Shown piece by piece: positions 1-10,219 of a stretch of DNA of 64,000 nt. The position numbers and the translations under genes are program-made. The notes under the pieces were generated by a model. That model worked only from the letters and a program-made list of their open reading frames with translations, ran no database searches and was not told where the DNA came from. The DNA lies in the NCBI GenBank assembly GCA_003649205.1, contig QMRC01000007.1, positions 21,937 through 85,936 on the forward strand. Reading direction: 5' to 3'. The stretch is from Thermoprotei archaeon (lineage in GTDB: Archaea > Thermoproteota > Thermoprotei > Thermoproteales > B15-G16). How positions within the stretch are numbered: the stretch's first letter is position 1; each line of letters opens with the position of its first letter.

Positions 1-4
1 TACC

Positions 5-841
5 TTGATTGCTCGTTACTGTATGCTTCCAGGCATGACACTTTACGACCTTGGTTGGAGGGTTGTAACAGCTTCTGCAAGTGATTTAGCATCGAAATTA
101 GCTCAACCAAAGATCTTCCTCATCTCCATCTCCATGCCGGGTACTACACCCCTAGAGGATGTTCTTGACTTTACTAGAGGAGCTATTGATGCTTCGAGAT
201 ACTATGGTGCTGAGTTGTGTGGTGGAGACACAAATGAGTCAAGTGACATAGTGGTCTCAGCAGTTGGTATAGGATTGACAGACATTGAACCTCTACCTCG
301 TAGTGGTTTGAGACCTGGTGATGTAGTTGCTGTGACCGGAGCCTTTGGGTATACAGGCCTGGTATTCAAGGCTTACTACAGTGGTGTAGAGTTAGATCGC
401 TTACCAAGGAAATTCATTGAGAAAACCTACAGACCTAGAGCTAGGGTTGATATTGTACCTGTACTGCGAGAGATTAGGAGTTACTTAACTGCTTCATCTG
501 ATTCAAGTGATGGTCTAGTACGTACACTGTACAACTTGGCTGAGGCTAGTGGAGTATCCATAGTTTTAGATAGGTTACCTATTAGTGATGAGGTATCTGA
601 GGTATGTGCTCAGTTTGGTTTCTCTCCAGAGGAAGTTGTTCTGTACGGTGGTGAGGAGTTTGAGTTGGTTCTCGGTATTAGACCTAGTAGTATTGATGAA
701 GTGATTAGGCGTTTTCACTCCATAGGTACTGAGTTGCTCGTTGTGGGAAGAGCTACTGAGGGTAGAGGTGTTGTGTATCTGAAGTCAGGTAGTGAGGTCA
801 GGAAGTTACCTCTCTCAGGTTGGGAGTACTTTAGGAAATAG
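5..841 (+). CDS. thiL: Thiamine-monophosphate kinase (5' end probably truncated by window edge)
   Basis: SDLASK (NxSDLAAM-like), GGDTN, DSSDGL, GGEEFEL and C-terminal GWEYF motifs. Confidence 0.9.
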   Translation: MIARYCMLPGMTLYDLGWRVVTASASDLASKLAQPKIFLISISMPGTTPLEDVLDFTRGAIDASRYYGAELCGGDTNESSDIVVSAVGIGLTDIEPLPRSGLRPGDVVAVTGAFGYTGLVFKAYYSGVELDRLPRKFIEKTYRPRARVDIVPVLREIRSYLTASSDSSDGLVRTLYNLAEASGVSIVLDRLPISDEVSEVCAQFGFSPEEVVLYGGEEFELVLGIRPSSIDEVIRRFHSIGTELLVVGRATEGRGVVYLKSGSEVRKLPLSGWEYFRK

Positions 842-844
842 CTT

Positions 845-2158
845 CTAGAGTAGGTACGTATTTGACTTCTCAATCTCGTCAAAAGATTCACTGAGTCTAA
901 TGAAACCAACATCTATACCTCTAATCGGCTTCTCTCTATGTAATCTAGCTCTAATCCTGAGTACGAGATTTCTGTAGTCGATGCCATCGATGATACCTAC
1001 ACCGATGTACCTGTCCTCATCCTCAAGTAATCCAACTAGTAGACCTCTCTCCTGTCCCCGAGTAAATATGTGAACTTCCTCAACACCAAGTACATGTGCC
1101 ACAGCACTAGTGTTAACTCTATGTGTCTTATCTAGAACTACGACACCGTACTTACCATCTCTTGAGATACCAACGTACAGCACCTTACCCCTTAGTACCT
1201 TCCTCACTTCAGGTAGCTTACTATTTACAGGAACCGTAGAGAGAAGCTTAGAGCCATACACTATGTCTAGCGTAGTTGCTTTCAATGCTATGGTCTTCGC
1301 CTTTGAGAAGTACCTTGCATACATGTTCTCCCTGTGCTTCCTCCTATCACTTCTTGTTCGGATTCTCGCACTTGGTGGCGACGGTAGTCTATACACCTCT
1401 GAACATAGCTTCTGAACTTCACTCACTAGCTCCTGTAGCTCACCTACCCTTCTCTCCATTATTATCACAGCACTTGGCTTCGTAGCTTCTACGATCTTTA
1501 CCTTGAAGTTAATTGCGGACCTACCCTCTACCCAACCATCAGTATTCACCACAACTACATCTAGCCCAAGCTCATCACATTCCTCTAGTAATGCCCTCAA
1601 TCCTCTTACGTACTTTGGTATCAGTGATGCTGGTGCTACATGACCTATGAAGTAGAGATCATACGGTTCATACTCTCTTATACTGAGCTTTGGTTCACGA
1701 GGTAGTGCTAGAGCTAAGGTAGTTGGAATAGCTACGTCATTCTGACCAACATCACCGTCAACAATAGCCGTGGTCAAGCCCTTACTGAGAGCTAAGTTCG
1801 TTAACCAAGCTGTAACAGTTGACTTACCGCTATCCGTAGCACCAATGATCAGGAACCTACCTCTTGTATACCTCGTGAATAAGGTACTGAGTGCTGAGTA
1901 CCAGAAATCCACAACCTCACTCTCCGGAGGAACTACAGATACTGAACCTCCAGGTCCTACAATGAACCGAACCTCACTACTCGTAAGTACCTTGAAGCCA
2001 TATGACCTAGCATAAGGAATAACAACCGTAGAACTCTCACCAAACTCAATACCTACACCCATTAACTTACCTGAGATAACCTTAATCGTTACAGGACCCT
2101 CAACCCTAATTACAGTACCCTTGCTGTACCTCTCAGTAACCTCCTTAACAGTACTCAT
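845..2158 (-). CDS. Clp1/Grc3/Nol9-family polynucleotide 5'-hydroxyl kinase
   Basis: GATDSGKST Walker A, DGDVGQ, VNTDGWV and RTRSDRRKHRE clasp/lid motifs. Confidence 0.85.
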   Translation of the reverse strand: MSTVKEVTERYSKGTVIRVEGPVTIKVISGKLMGVGIEFGESSTVVIPYARSYGFKVLTSSEVRFIVGPGGSVSVVPPESEVVDFWYSALSTLFTRYTRGRFLIIGATDSGKSTVTAWLTNLALSKGLTTAIVDGDVGQNDVAIPTTLALALPREPKLSIREYEPYDLYFIGHVAPASLIPKYVRGLRALLEECDELGLDVVVVNTDGWVEGRSAINFKVKIVEATKPSAVIIMERRVGELQELVSEVQKLCSEVYRLPSPPSARIRTRSDRRKHRENMYARYFSKAKTIALKATTLDIVYGSKLLSTVPVNSKLPEVRKVLRGKVLYVGISRDGKYGVVVLDKTHRVNTSAVAHVLGVEEVHIFTRGQERGLLVGLLEDEDRYIGVGIIDGIDYRNLVLRIRARLHREKPIRGIDVGFIRLSESFDEIEKSNTYLL

Positions 2159-2167
2159 ACACTACCC

Positions 2168-2935
2168 TCAGCACTGTTCTCTCTTGAACCTACGGTACCT
2201 ACTGAGGTACTCTAGAACCTCCTCATCACTTAAATCATACCAATTCCTATACGCATCAGCAACAGCAAAACCAAACACATCACTTCTAACATTCACGACG
2301 CAAAGTAAATCAACCTCACTACTCAACATCTTGAGTGATGAAGCTGATGCAGTTGGCGTAGCAACGATAACCTTACCAGCACCTAACTTCTTGAGAAACC
2401 TAGCAGCAACAAGCATAGTGTACCCACTCGCAATACCATCATCTACAACAATCACTGACCTACCTCTTAAATCAGGATAAGGTCTACCACCTCGAAAAAC
2501 CTGTTCCCTCCTCCTAATCTCCTTCAAGGTCTTCTCAATACCCTCCCTAACATCTGCCTCAGAGAAACCAAGGTACTGAACAAGAGCTTCATTGAGTACG
2601 TAGGTACCATCGGGAGCTACTGCACCATAACCAGCTTCCGGATTCCAGGGTATGAGAATCTTCCTACAGATAACGAGATCTAGCTCAATACCTAGCTCCG
2701 TAGCCACTACATAGGCAACAGGAACACCACCACAAGGTATCGCGAATACTATGGAGTTCTCCGGTATCTCGACTTCACTTCTAAGTAATCCAGCTAGCTT
2801 CCTACCAGCATCCTCCCTATCTTCAAATACATGGTAGAGACCAAGTAGTGACTTATCGTAAACTAGCTTCCTACCTAACTCCCGTACAGTAGATAGCAAT
2901 TGCTCAAGCTCCAATCTAACAGGGTACCTAGACAC
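2168..2935 (-). CDS. Type I phosphoribosyltransferase (COG1926-like)
   Basis: FEDREDAG, IPCGGVPVA, PRPP-binding VVDDGIASG. Confidence 0.85.
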   Translation of the reverse strand: MSRYPVRLELEQLLSTVRELGRKLVYDKSLLGLYHVFEDREDAGRKLAGLLRSEVEIPENSIVFAIPCGGVPVAYVVATELGIELDLVICRKILIPWNPEAGYGAVAPDGTYVLNEALVQYLGFSEADVREGIEKTLKEIRRREQVFRGGRPYPDLRGRSVIVVDDGIASGYTMLVAARFLKKLGAGKVIVATPTASASSLKMLSSEVDLLCVVNVRSDVFGFAVADAYRNWYDLSDEEVLEYLSRYRRFKREQC

Positions 2936-2981
2936 AACCTACAACCTCACTATGAGGTAGTGAGGGAAAGGAGCAACACCT

Positions 2982-4298
2982 TCACTTTCTCAACATTCCC
3001 ACTAGAGACAGCACTCTAGGTAGTAGCTCCCATCCATGCTCTAGTACACCCAAGCTACCCTTCTGGCAACACTCCTTCTCTGTAAATCTCGTTACTTGAT
3101 CTGGTTCTATGCTAGGTGCTCTAACTAGTATTGGTACTGGATCATCTGTATGAGCCTTGACCGTGTACGGTGTTGCGTGATCTGACGTAACTAGTATTGC
3201 TACTTCATCTAGGTTTACATGCCCTATCAGCGGTTTAACATAGTACTGATCAATTAGCTCAATAGCTCTTGCCTTACGCTCTAGACTACCGTCGTGACCT
3301 GGCTCATCTGGTCCCTTAAGATGTACGTAGACTACATCACACCTCTCAAGTAGCTCTAAAGTAGCTTCAAGTCTCTGAGCGTAGTCACGTACCTTGTCTT
3401 CAGTGGGTGGTGGGACCTCAGCAACTTCCATACCCAATAGCTTAGCAATACCCTTCTCAACAGGCATCTCAGCTACAGCACCGAACTTTAGACCGCCATA
3501 GACCTCACTTAGCTTCGGTACTTTAGGAAGTGCAGCACCAGCATCTCTGAGAAGTATGGCATTTGCCTTTAACTTTCCAAGTCTTTCTCTCCTAACATTG
3601 ACAGGGTGCTTACTCAGTATTGTGATAGCTAGTCTTGTGAATCTATTAACTAACTCAGCTGTTACCCTAGCTTCACGTGAATCGTCAAGTGGTTTACACT
3701 CTGCAATTCTTTTCTCATAAGTCTTAGCTGCAACACTTATTTTACCGCATCTCACATATGCTGGATCTGTATTTGAAACGTTGTCTGATAATCTATGGGA
3801 TCTACTACCAATTACAACCACTGCTCTATGACCAACCGTTGCTATAACGCGAGCATAGCCATCGTACATACCTAGCTCAAGTCCATCAAGTGCCCTCGCT
3901 AGCTCTCTAGCCTCATCACTAGCCAAGTCTCTCCCACATCTCCTATCAAGGATTTCAAGTATATCCTCTCTAATGGTTGCGAAATTAGCTCTAAAGGCAA
4001 CCTCAAAACCTTCTCGAATCTCGATACCAGCACCTAGAGCCTCAATCGGTCCCCTGCCTGTGTAGTACTTCTCCGGATCGTAACCAAGTATGGAGAATAC
4101 TGCAGTATCGCTCTCCGGTGCAATCCCTCTACCTATCGTGTACATACAGCCACAGACACCTTCCTTAGCTAGTCTATCCAAGTTCTCTTTCTTAGCTACT
4201 TCAAGTGCTGTTGGCGAATCCACTACTCTATCTGGGGCTCCATCAATGACCAGGTAAATGAGCTTCATGAACCTCACCTCACGACAAGGTTTCTCCAC
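2982..4298 (-). CDS. apgM: Archaeal 2,3-bisphosphoglycerate-independent phosphoglycerate mutase
   Basis: IDGAPD, PESDTA, GRGPIEA, HLKGPDEPGHDG, TSDHATP, HTDDPVP. Confidence 0.92.
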   Translation of the reverse strand: MEKPCREVRFMKLIYLVIDGAPDRVVDSPTALEVAKKENLDRLAKEGVCGCMYTIGRGIAPESDTAVFSILGYDPEKYYTGRGPIEALGAGIEIREGFEVAFRANFATIREDILEILDRRCGRDLASDEARELARALDGLELGMYDGYARVIATVGHRAVVVIGSRSHRLSDNVSNTDPAYVRCGKISVAAKTYEKRIAECKPLDDSREARVTAELVNRFTRLAITILSKHPVNVRRERLGKLKANAILLRDAGAALPKVPKLSEVYGGLKFGAVAEMPVEKGIAKLLGMEVAEVPPPTEDKVRDYAQRLEATLELLERCDVVYVHLKGPDEPGHDGSLERKARAIELIDQYYVKPLIGHVNLDEVAILVTSDHATPYTVKAHTDDPVPILVRAPSIEPDQVTRFTEKECCQKGSLGVLEHGWELLPRVLSLVGMLRK

Positions 4299-4329
4299 TT
4301 AGGTACTATCGTGGTCTAAGTTATATAGT

Positions 4330-5586
4330 GTGACTCCTGTTACCGCTATGTGGGTAAATATGGGTAACTCAATCATCCTCAGTAGGTTGCGTAGATCAGT
4401 TACTGAGTTAAGTGTTAGGGCGACGTATAGGTATTTGGAGAGAGCTACTGAACTAGCTGCTAGTGGTGTTGAGGTTATTTCCCTCGGTATTGGTCAACCA
4501 GATTTCTCTCCTCCTGGGTACGTAATTGATGCGTTGAAGGAAGCCTGTGATAAGGGGATGTTTAGGTATGTTTCTTCACAAGGTACTGAGAGCTTTAAGA
4601 GAGCTGTTTCAGAGTTCCTGAAGTGTGAGTTAGGTGTTGATGTGAAACCTGACGAGGTTTTAGCTGTGCCCGGTGCATCTGCTGGTATCTTCATGGGGTT
4701 ATATGCACTGCTCAATCCCGGTGATGAAGTTATTGTGTTGGATCCAGCATTTCCACAATACTTCGATGTTGTTAAGGTTCTTGGTGGTAGGGTTGTTCCA
4801 GTTAAATTAAGGGAGTTATCTGATGAATTTGTCGTGGATATCGATAATGTTGTTAGTGCTATTACGGATAGAACTAAGGTCATCATCTTGAACACGCCAC
4901 ATAACCCCACAGGTATGGTTATTCCTGAGTCTACAATGATGAAGTTACTTGATGTGGCTAGAGAACACGGAATTATTGTGCTAAGTGACGAGGTTTATGA
5001 TCACTTCGTGTACGAGGGTAAACACACTAGCTGCCTACATCATCCTGAATGGAGAGACTTCTGCATCTATGTCAATAGTCTCTCAAAGACCTTCGCTATG
5101 ACCGGTTGGAGAGTAGGTTTTGTCGTAGCTAGAAGAGAAGTAATTCAGAAATTGAGTGCACTTGCCAACAACATATACAGCTGCTTACCTCCGTTCATCA
5201 TGTATGCTGCTGAGGTAGCGCTTAGATCTGGTCTAGACTGGTTTAAGGAGGTATTACGGGAGTACAGAAGACGTAGGGACTTAGCACTTAGTGAGTTACG
5301 TAAGGTCTCAGGTATTAGGTGTGTTAGACCTCGAGGAGCTTTCTACCTGTACCCAAATCTAAGTGATATCCTCAGTGAGTTGGGGCTATCTATTGGAGAT
5401 TTCGTTGAGTTGCTGATAGTTAAGAAAGGTGTTGTTACGTTACCAAGTACTGTCTTCTCCATTGCTGGTGATGTTGAGCATATTCGCATGTCGTTTACTG
5501 TACCTGTTGAGAAGTTATTGTCCGGTCTCGCTAGGTTTAAAGATTTCATTGATGAGTTGAGGAGTATGAGAGGTAGAGTTAAGTAG
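4330..5586 (+). CDS. PLP-dependent class I/II (aspartate-type) aminotransferase
   Basis: GQPDF, NTPHNPTG, SDEVY, SLSKTFAMTGWRVG, GAFY. Confidence 0.9.
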   Translation: MTPVTAMWVNMGNSIILSRLRRSVTELSVRATYRYLERATELAASGVEVISLGIGQPDFSPPGYVIDALKEACDKGMFRYVSSQGTESFKRAVSEFLKCELGVDVKPDEVLAVPGASAGIFMGLYALLNPGDEVIVLDPAFPQYFDVVKVLGGRVVPVKLRELSDEFVVDIDNVVSAITDRTKVIILNTPHNPTGMVIPESTMMKLLDVAREHGIIVLSDEVYDHFVYEGKHTSCLHHPEWRDFCIYVNSLSKTFAMTGWRVGFVVARREVIQKLSALANNIYSCLPPFIMYAAEVALRSGLDWFKEVLREYRRRRDLALSELRKVSGIRCVRPRGAFYLYPNLSDILSELGLSIGDFVELLIVKKGVVTLPSTVFSIAGDVEHIRMSFTVPVEKLLSGLARFKDFIDELRSMRGRVK

Positions 5587-5610
5587 CTCTATTCACTTAG
5601 CCACTACTCA

Positions 5611-5660
5611 GTGATGAGAGGGACGTATTGATGATCTGTGATTGTAGGTGGAGCAGCTGA
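5611..5660 (+). ncRNA. Box C/D guide sRNA; D' guide complementary to 16S rRNA AAUACGUCCCU
   Basis: C GTGATGA 5611-5617; guide AGGGACGTATT; D'-like ATGA; D CTGA 5657-5660; 50 nt. Confidence 0.75.
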
Positions 5661-5662
5661 TC

Positions 5663-5953
5663 ATGACCAAGGATGAGAAGCTTCTAAATGATATGAAGAG
5701 AACCCTGAGGAATATGCTCAAGAACTTTCGCCTATACTTTGACAAGTATGATAGGTTGAACTCAGAGGGTAGAGCACTACTCTGTAAGGTTGCTAGGATT
5801 GCTGCTGAGATACGACCTGAACTACTACCTAGGTTTAGGTATGTACTGAAAAGTGGTTCACTTAATGACTTCATCAAGCTTGCGAGAGAGATACTTGGTG
5901 AGGAGGAGATTGAATCTTTCACTAACGAGTATGGTGTCACTAGCTATCAGTGA
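5663..5953 (+). CDS. Small hypothetical protein (helical, basic)
   Basis: ORF track 5648-5953; ATG at 5663 just after the sRNA D box is the likelier start; typical codon usage. Confidence 0.6.
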   Translation: MTKDEKLLNDMKRTLRNMLKNFRLYFDKYDRLNSEGRALLCKVARIAAEIRPELLPRFRYVLKSGSLNDFIKLAREILGEEEIESFTNEYGVTSYQ

Positions 5954-5995
5954 CCGAGGTTTTCCTCATCCATCAGGTCGGGACTTCCTCATCAC
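5947..5995 (-). ncRNA. Box C/D sRNA (targets not identified)
   Basis: Minus strand GTGATGA-GGAAGTCCCGAC-CTGA-TGGATGA-GGAAAACCTCGGTCA-CTGA. Confidence 0.8.
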
Positions 5996-6022
5996 TGGAG
6001 AATCAATAGATTCGAGGTTAAC

Positions 6023-6712
6023 TTATACCTTCCTCAGGTAGCCAGGTAGTACGTACCTCTTCTCCACTATGTGACTTAGCTTAACTAGTGTGTAGCATAT
6101 GAGGAGGTATATGAGTGCTGTCATTGCGTAAATCTCTAATGCTCTGAAGGTCCATGCAACCATGTACTCAGCTCTTCTCGTTAACTCCGGTACACCTATG
6201 ATAGATGCGAGAGAGGTTTCCTTAATCAACGTCACAACTTCATTCATTAGTGCAGGTATGGCGTTTCTCAGTGCTTGAGGTACGAGTACCTTCATGTATG
6301 CTTGGTACCTAGAGAGCCCATCAACGAGTGAAGCCTCTAATTGATCCCTTGGTAATGCCTGAAGTACTGACCTCAAGATCTCAGCTTGATAAGCGCCACT
6401 GTTGAGACCTAGAGCTATGATACAGGCTGAGAGAGGGTTTAGTTTAATGCCTATGGAGGGTAAACCGAAGTATATGAAGAGGAGCTGGACGAGTAGTGGT
6501 GTACCTCGGAAGAACTCTATGTATGCTGAGGCTATTGCCGAGACTAATCTACTACCTAGTAACCTACACATAGTGAGTACAGTACCGATCACAAATCCTA
6601 TACCGAACCCACTTAAGCTAATTAGCAGAGTATAGTTAGCTCCCTTTACAAGATATGGAAAGACCTGTGTAAAAAGTTGTAGGGTATTCATGACTCTCCA
6701 CCTCTTACTCAC
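6023..6712 (-). CDS. Polar amino-acid ABC transporter permease (HisM/GlnP family)
   Basis: FRGTPLLVQL, GAYQAEILR, LIKETSLAS. Confidence 0.92.
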   Translation of the reverse strand: MSKRWRVMNTLQLFTQVFPYLVKGANYTLLISLSGFGIGFVIGTVLTMCRLLGSRLVSAIASAYIEFFRGTPLLVQLLFIYFGLPSIGIKLNPLSACIIALGLNSGAYQAEILRSVLQALPRDQLEASLVDGLSRYQAYMKVLVPQALRNAIPALMNEVVTLIKETSLASIIGVPELTRRAEYMVAWTFRALEIYAMTALIYLLICYTLVKLSHIVEKRYVLPGYLRKV

Positions 6713-7529
6713 CTGTTAACCACTTACTGATCTCCTCATCGAATATCTCATTCAGCTTACCTGTTGTACGGAGCTTCTCAAGTACCTTATTGATGAAGTA
6801 CTTGAACTCTTCATCACCAGGTGGTAGCGCAATAGCTGTGAACTTCTCACTACCTGGAACAACGAATGCTATCTCTAGCTCAGGGAATTTCCTACATAGT
6901 ACCTCAGCAAAGATGTTCCCTATTACAATTGCATCTACATCACCTCTCTTCAATGCCATGACCATCTCAGGGTAAACCCTGTCATACGACTTGACTGTCG
7001 CCTTACCAGCCTTCTCAAGAACTTCCTTAGCCCACTCCTCTTGAACAGTACCCAGCTGAACACCAATGACTTTACCATAGAGATCCTCAACAGACCTAAT
7101 ACCACTACCCTTGAGAACTACAACAACACTACAACCCATGTAGTAAGGTATTGAAAAGTCAACAACCTTCTCACGCTCTGCAGTAATCGACATATCTGCT
7201 ATGACCATATCAACCATACCCTTCCTAAGTGCTTCAACTAAAGCTGCGAACTTCATGTCCTTGACCTCAAGCTCAACACCAAGCTCCTTAGCAATTTCCT
7301 CAGCAATCCTAATGTCTATACCACAGTACTTACCTGCCTCAACGTACTCGAAGGGTGGCCAATCAGCTGATGTACCTACAATAAGCTTTCCACGCTGCTT
7401 AATGAGTTCAAGCCTAGATTTCGCAGTCTCTACAGGAACAGTAGCCGGCTTTAATAATGCTGTGCCAATGAGTAGACCAAGTACTAACCCTATGATTAGA
7501 CCCACAGCAACATGTACTGAATACCTCAT
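6705..7529 (-). CDS. Polar amino-acid ABC transporter substrate-binding protein (SBP_bac_3)
   Basis: N-terminal TM anchor, GTSADWPPFEY, ITAEREKVVDFS, GVQLGT. Confidence 0.92.
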   Translation of the reverse strand: MRYSVHVAVGLIIGLVLGLLIGTALLKPATVPVETAKSRLELIKQRGKLIVGTSADWPPFEYVEAGKYCGIDIRIAEEIAKELGVELEVKDMKFAALVEALRKGMVDMVIADMSITAEREKVVDFSIPYYMGCSVVVVLKGSGIRSVEDLYGKVIGVQLGTVQEEWAKEVLEKAGKATVKSYDRVYPEMVMALKRGDVDAIVIGNIFAEVLCRKFPELEIAFVVPGSEKFTAIALPPGDEEFKYFINKVLEKLRTTGKLNEIFDEEISKWLTGE

Positions 7530-7918
7530 GGTCTCACTCTGCTCTCATTGTAGTGAATCTTTAATAAGTATTGTTGCTTTACTAAGGATTTTGATTATGT
7601 AAACGAAGCTTTGTTTTTAAATTGCTAAATTTCAATTAACGTAGGTTATAGAGATCCAAACCATATACTTCGGCTGAGCACATTATTTGTCATTGATCAA
7701 ATGTTCTTCCAGGCCAGTGCTTAAGTTAGTACCTAGCTTCAGAGCTATGTTTAATGTTCCTTAAATGAGCTTTCTACTAACATCCCCACTTTTCTCAACT
7801 TTAACCGATTCAGTGAAGCTGGAGGTTACAGCATGTATCTAGGTGCTACGTTGGACCTAAATCACGTGATAAAGAGCTAGGGAACTGAGAAACATGGGAC
7901 TTAAGATGCTGTTGTGTG

Positions 7919-9328
7919 CTATGTCAAGTCTCTAACCACATTAACTACCTTCAAGAACTTCCTATACATCCTAAGCAGTGGTTCTCTGAGTTCACTACTC
8001 GGCTCAACAACCTCGTACTTGACAACCTTCTCAACAGCATCCTTGAAACTACTGAATAACTTAGTTCCAACACCAGCTATAATTGCCGATCCAAGAGCTT
8101 CACATTCAGGTATAGTAACCCTCTTCACCTCTCTACCAAGTACTGAGCTAATTACTTTACATAGCGCTCTTCCTCTAGATACACCACCACCTAAGTAAAC
8201 ATCACCAATGTAATGACCTAATTCACCAAGATAGTCGACGATGTACTTAGTCAGGAAGCTCAATCCTGCATAGAGACCTAGAGTGAGGTTAGGTATCGAT
8301 GGTAGGAGGTTACTCAGTACAACGAACTTAGTAGGGTCCCAACCGACATCTCTCATAACTAGGTACGGAGGTACTACGTAGGTACTTAGCTCAGCTACCT
8401 CCCTCATCAAGTACCTCTCGAGCAAATCATCGATTGCGCTCATGCTAAGTGATGACATGTTGTTTAACCACTCAATGAAGCCACCAAAGAGCACAATGAC
8501 TAAACCACAAAGCCAAAGTCCATTGATTACATGTGGTGTGTTAACTAGTACATGAGGTGCAATAACTTCCCTAGCACAATAATCAACTCCAGCACTAAAC
8601 CCAGTCCTAATGAATAGCAATCCATCATTGATGATCCCGCAGCCAATAGCTGAGGCAAGGTAGTCGAAACACCCCTTAACAACAGCTATACCTTCAGGTA
8701 ATCCCAAATCCTTAGCAATATCCCTTCTTAACCCACCAACAGTGAATCCGATAGGTAGTACCTCACCGAAGTAATCTCGATCAACACCTAACCTCTCGAG
8801 CACAGAATAGTCAATAGCTAGAGGGCCGTCTGCTATTACTGTGTGCACCGCTCTACCCGTGAACAGAAACGTCAAGTAATCATGTAAGTGGAAGAACTTA
8901 ACACCTCTCCTAGCTAAATTCGGGTATCTCCTTAAGATCCAGAGCACCTTAGCTTCAAACATAGCAGGGCTACACTGCTTACCACTTACCTCACTTAGCT
9001 CCTTAGCCTCATTAACTGCAGGTGCCTCAAACCAAAGTAACGTAGGTTCAAGAACCTCCCCATTCTCAGAGCAAGGTATTACTGTTGGTGCTTGACCACT
9101 AATACACATAGCGACTATCCTCTGAAGATCTATATCTTGCTCTCTCAGTGTCTTCATAGCTCTAACCAAAGCATCGTACACATCACGTACATTCCTAGTG
9201 TACCTAAATGTGTGATCCGTACACGTGGTAGTGATCTTCGATCCATCAATTGAAGCACACACTACCTTCACTCTAGAGGTACCGACATCAATTCCAAGTA
9301 CGAGTTCAGTAACCATCGAGAAGTACAC
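7919..9328 (-). CDS. FGGY-family carbohydrate kinase (xylulokinase-like, divergent)
   Basis: GIDVGTSRVK, ISGQ, AKVLW, DYL, GGGVSR, ALGSAIIAG. Confidence 0.8.
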   Translation of the reverse strand: MYFSMVTELVLGIDVGTSRVKVVCASIDGSKITTTCTDHTFRYTRNVRDVYDALVRAMKTLREQDIDLQRIVAMCISGQAPTVIPCSENGEVLEPTLLWFEAPAVNEAKELSEVSGKQCSPAMFEAKVLWILRRYPNLARRGVKFFHLHDYLTFLFTGRAVHTVIADGPLAIDYSVLERLGVDRDYFGEVLPIGFTVGGLRRDIAKDLGLPEGIAVVKGCFDYLASAIGCGIINDGLLFIRTGFSAGVDYCAREVIAPHVLVNTPHVINGLWLCGLVIVLFGGFIEWLNNMSSLSMSAIDDLLERYLMREVAELSTYVVPPYLVMRDVGWDPTKFVVLSNLLPSIPNLTLGLYAGLSFLTKYIVDYLGELGHYIGDVYLGGGVSRGRALCKVISSVLGREVKRVTIPECEALGSAIIAGVGTKLFSSFKDAVEKVVKYEVVEPSSELREPLLRMYRKFLKVVNVVRDLT

Positions 9329-9373
9329 TTAACCTCTTTAACCTCTTATCACTTTCCCCTGTAGTGAGAACCT

Positions 9374-10219
9374 ATGGAGTTGGTAATCACGGATAATCAC
9401 CTCCACGTAAATCCTGTAAGAGGACGAGGACCTAGAGAAGTTGCAAAACTATTTCTAAGAGAAGGAGGTAGAGGAGCTGTTGTAGTGGCACTACTTAGCT
9501 GGCACTATGGGATCGCCCTAAGAGGTAGAGACGACATTACTCGATTCTATGACCTTGTTGTGAAGTCATGTGATGTATTTCGTGAGGTCGGTATTGTAGC
9601 TGTATCAATTGTTGGACTTCACCCAGCTGAGTACACTAAGTTAATCCAACTAGGTGTTAAGCCGAGTAAAGCTATGTCAATAATGGAGCTAGGTATAGAG
9701 ATAGCTGCAGAGTACGTGAAATCAGGTAGAGCTGTTGGAATTGGTGAAGTAGGTCTTCCACACTGGTACGTTGATAAGAACACCTATTCACAGCTATGGA
9801 ACTTACTCCTTCACGCACTAACCATTGCTAAGGATCTAGACTGCGTTATTCACCTTCACCTACCTAGAGACCTAGCTGTTGTCAGTAAGGTTGGTCAAGT
9901 AGTTAAGTCTCTTGGCTTAGAGAAGTCGAGAGTAATTCTCCATCACTCACTACCTGAAGTCAATAGACCTGAAGTAGAGTTTTTTACACCATCCATACCA
10001 GCTAAGTGGAGTGACTTAGTTAGAGCCACTAGGTGTAGACCAGTGTATCTAGTAGAGAGTGATTACCTAGATGACCCGAGTAGACCGGGCTGTGTTGTTG
10101 AGCCTTGGGTACTTGCCAGGCGTGTGAAGAGGTTACTCAATGAAGGTTTTGTAGATTTTAACTACCTTGATACTGTTCTCAGGAAGAACTTTGAGAAGGT
10201 TTACAGAGTTTCCCTCTAG
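9374..10219 (+). CDS. TatD-related metal-dependent hydrolase
   Basis: DNHLH, GLHPAE, GEVGLPH, HLH, HH, ESDYLDD. Confidence 0.85.
   Translation: MELVITDNHLHVNPVRGRGPREVAKLFLREGGRGAVVVALLSWHYGIALRGRDDITRFYDLVVKSCDVFREVGIVAVSIVGLHPAEYTKLIQLGVKPSKAMSIMELGIEIAAEYVKSGRAVGIGEVGLPHWYVDKNTYSQLWNLLLHALTIAKDLDCVIHLHLPRDLAVVSKVGQVVKSLGLEKSRVILHHSLPEVNRPEVEFFTPSIPAKWSDLVRATRCRPVYLVESDYLDDPSRPGCVVEPWVLARRVKRLLNEGFVDFNYLDTVLRKNFEKVYRVSL

Noticed and set aside
7840-7890. Partial C/D-like motif (GTGATAA...CTGA)
   Set aside because: No convincing upstream C and D' boxes at correct spacing, so not listed as a feature
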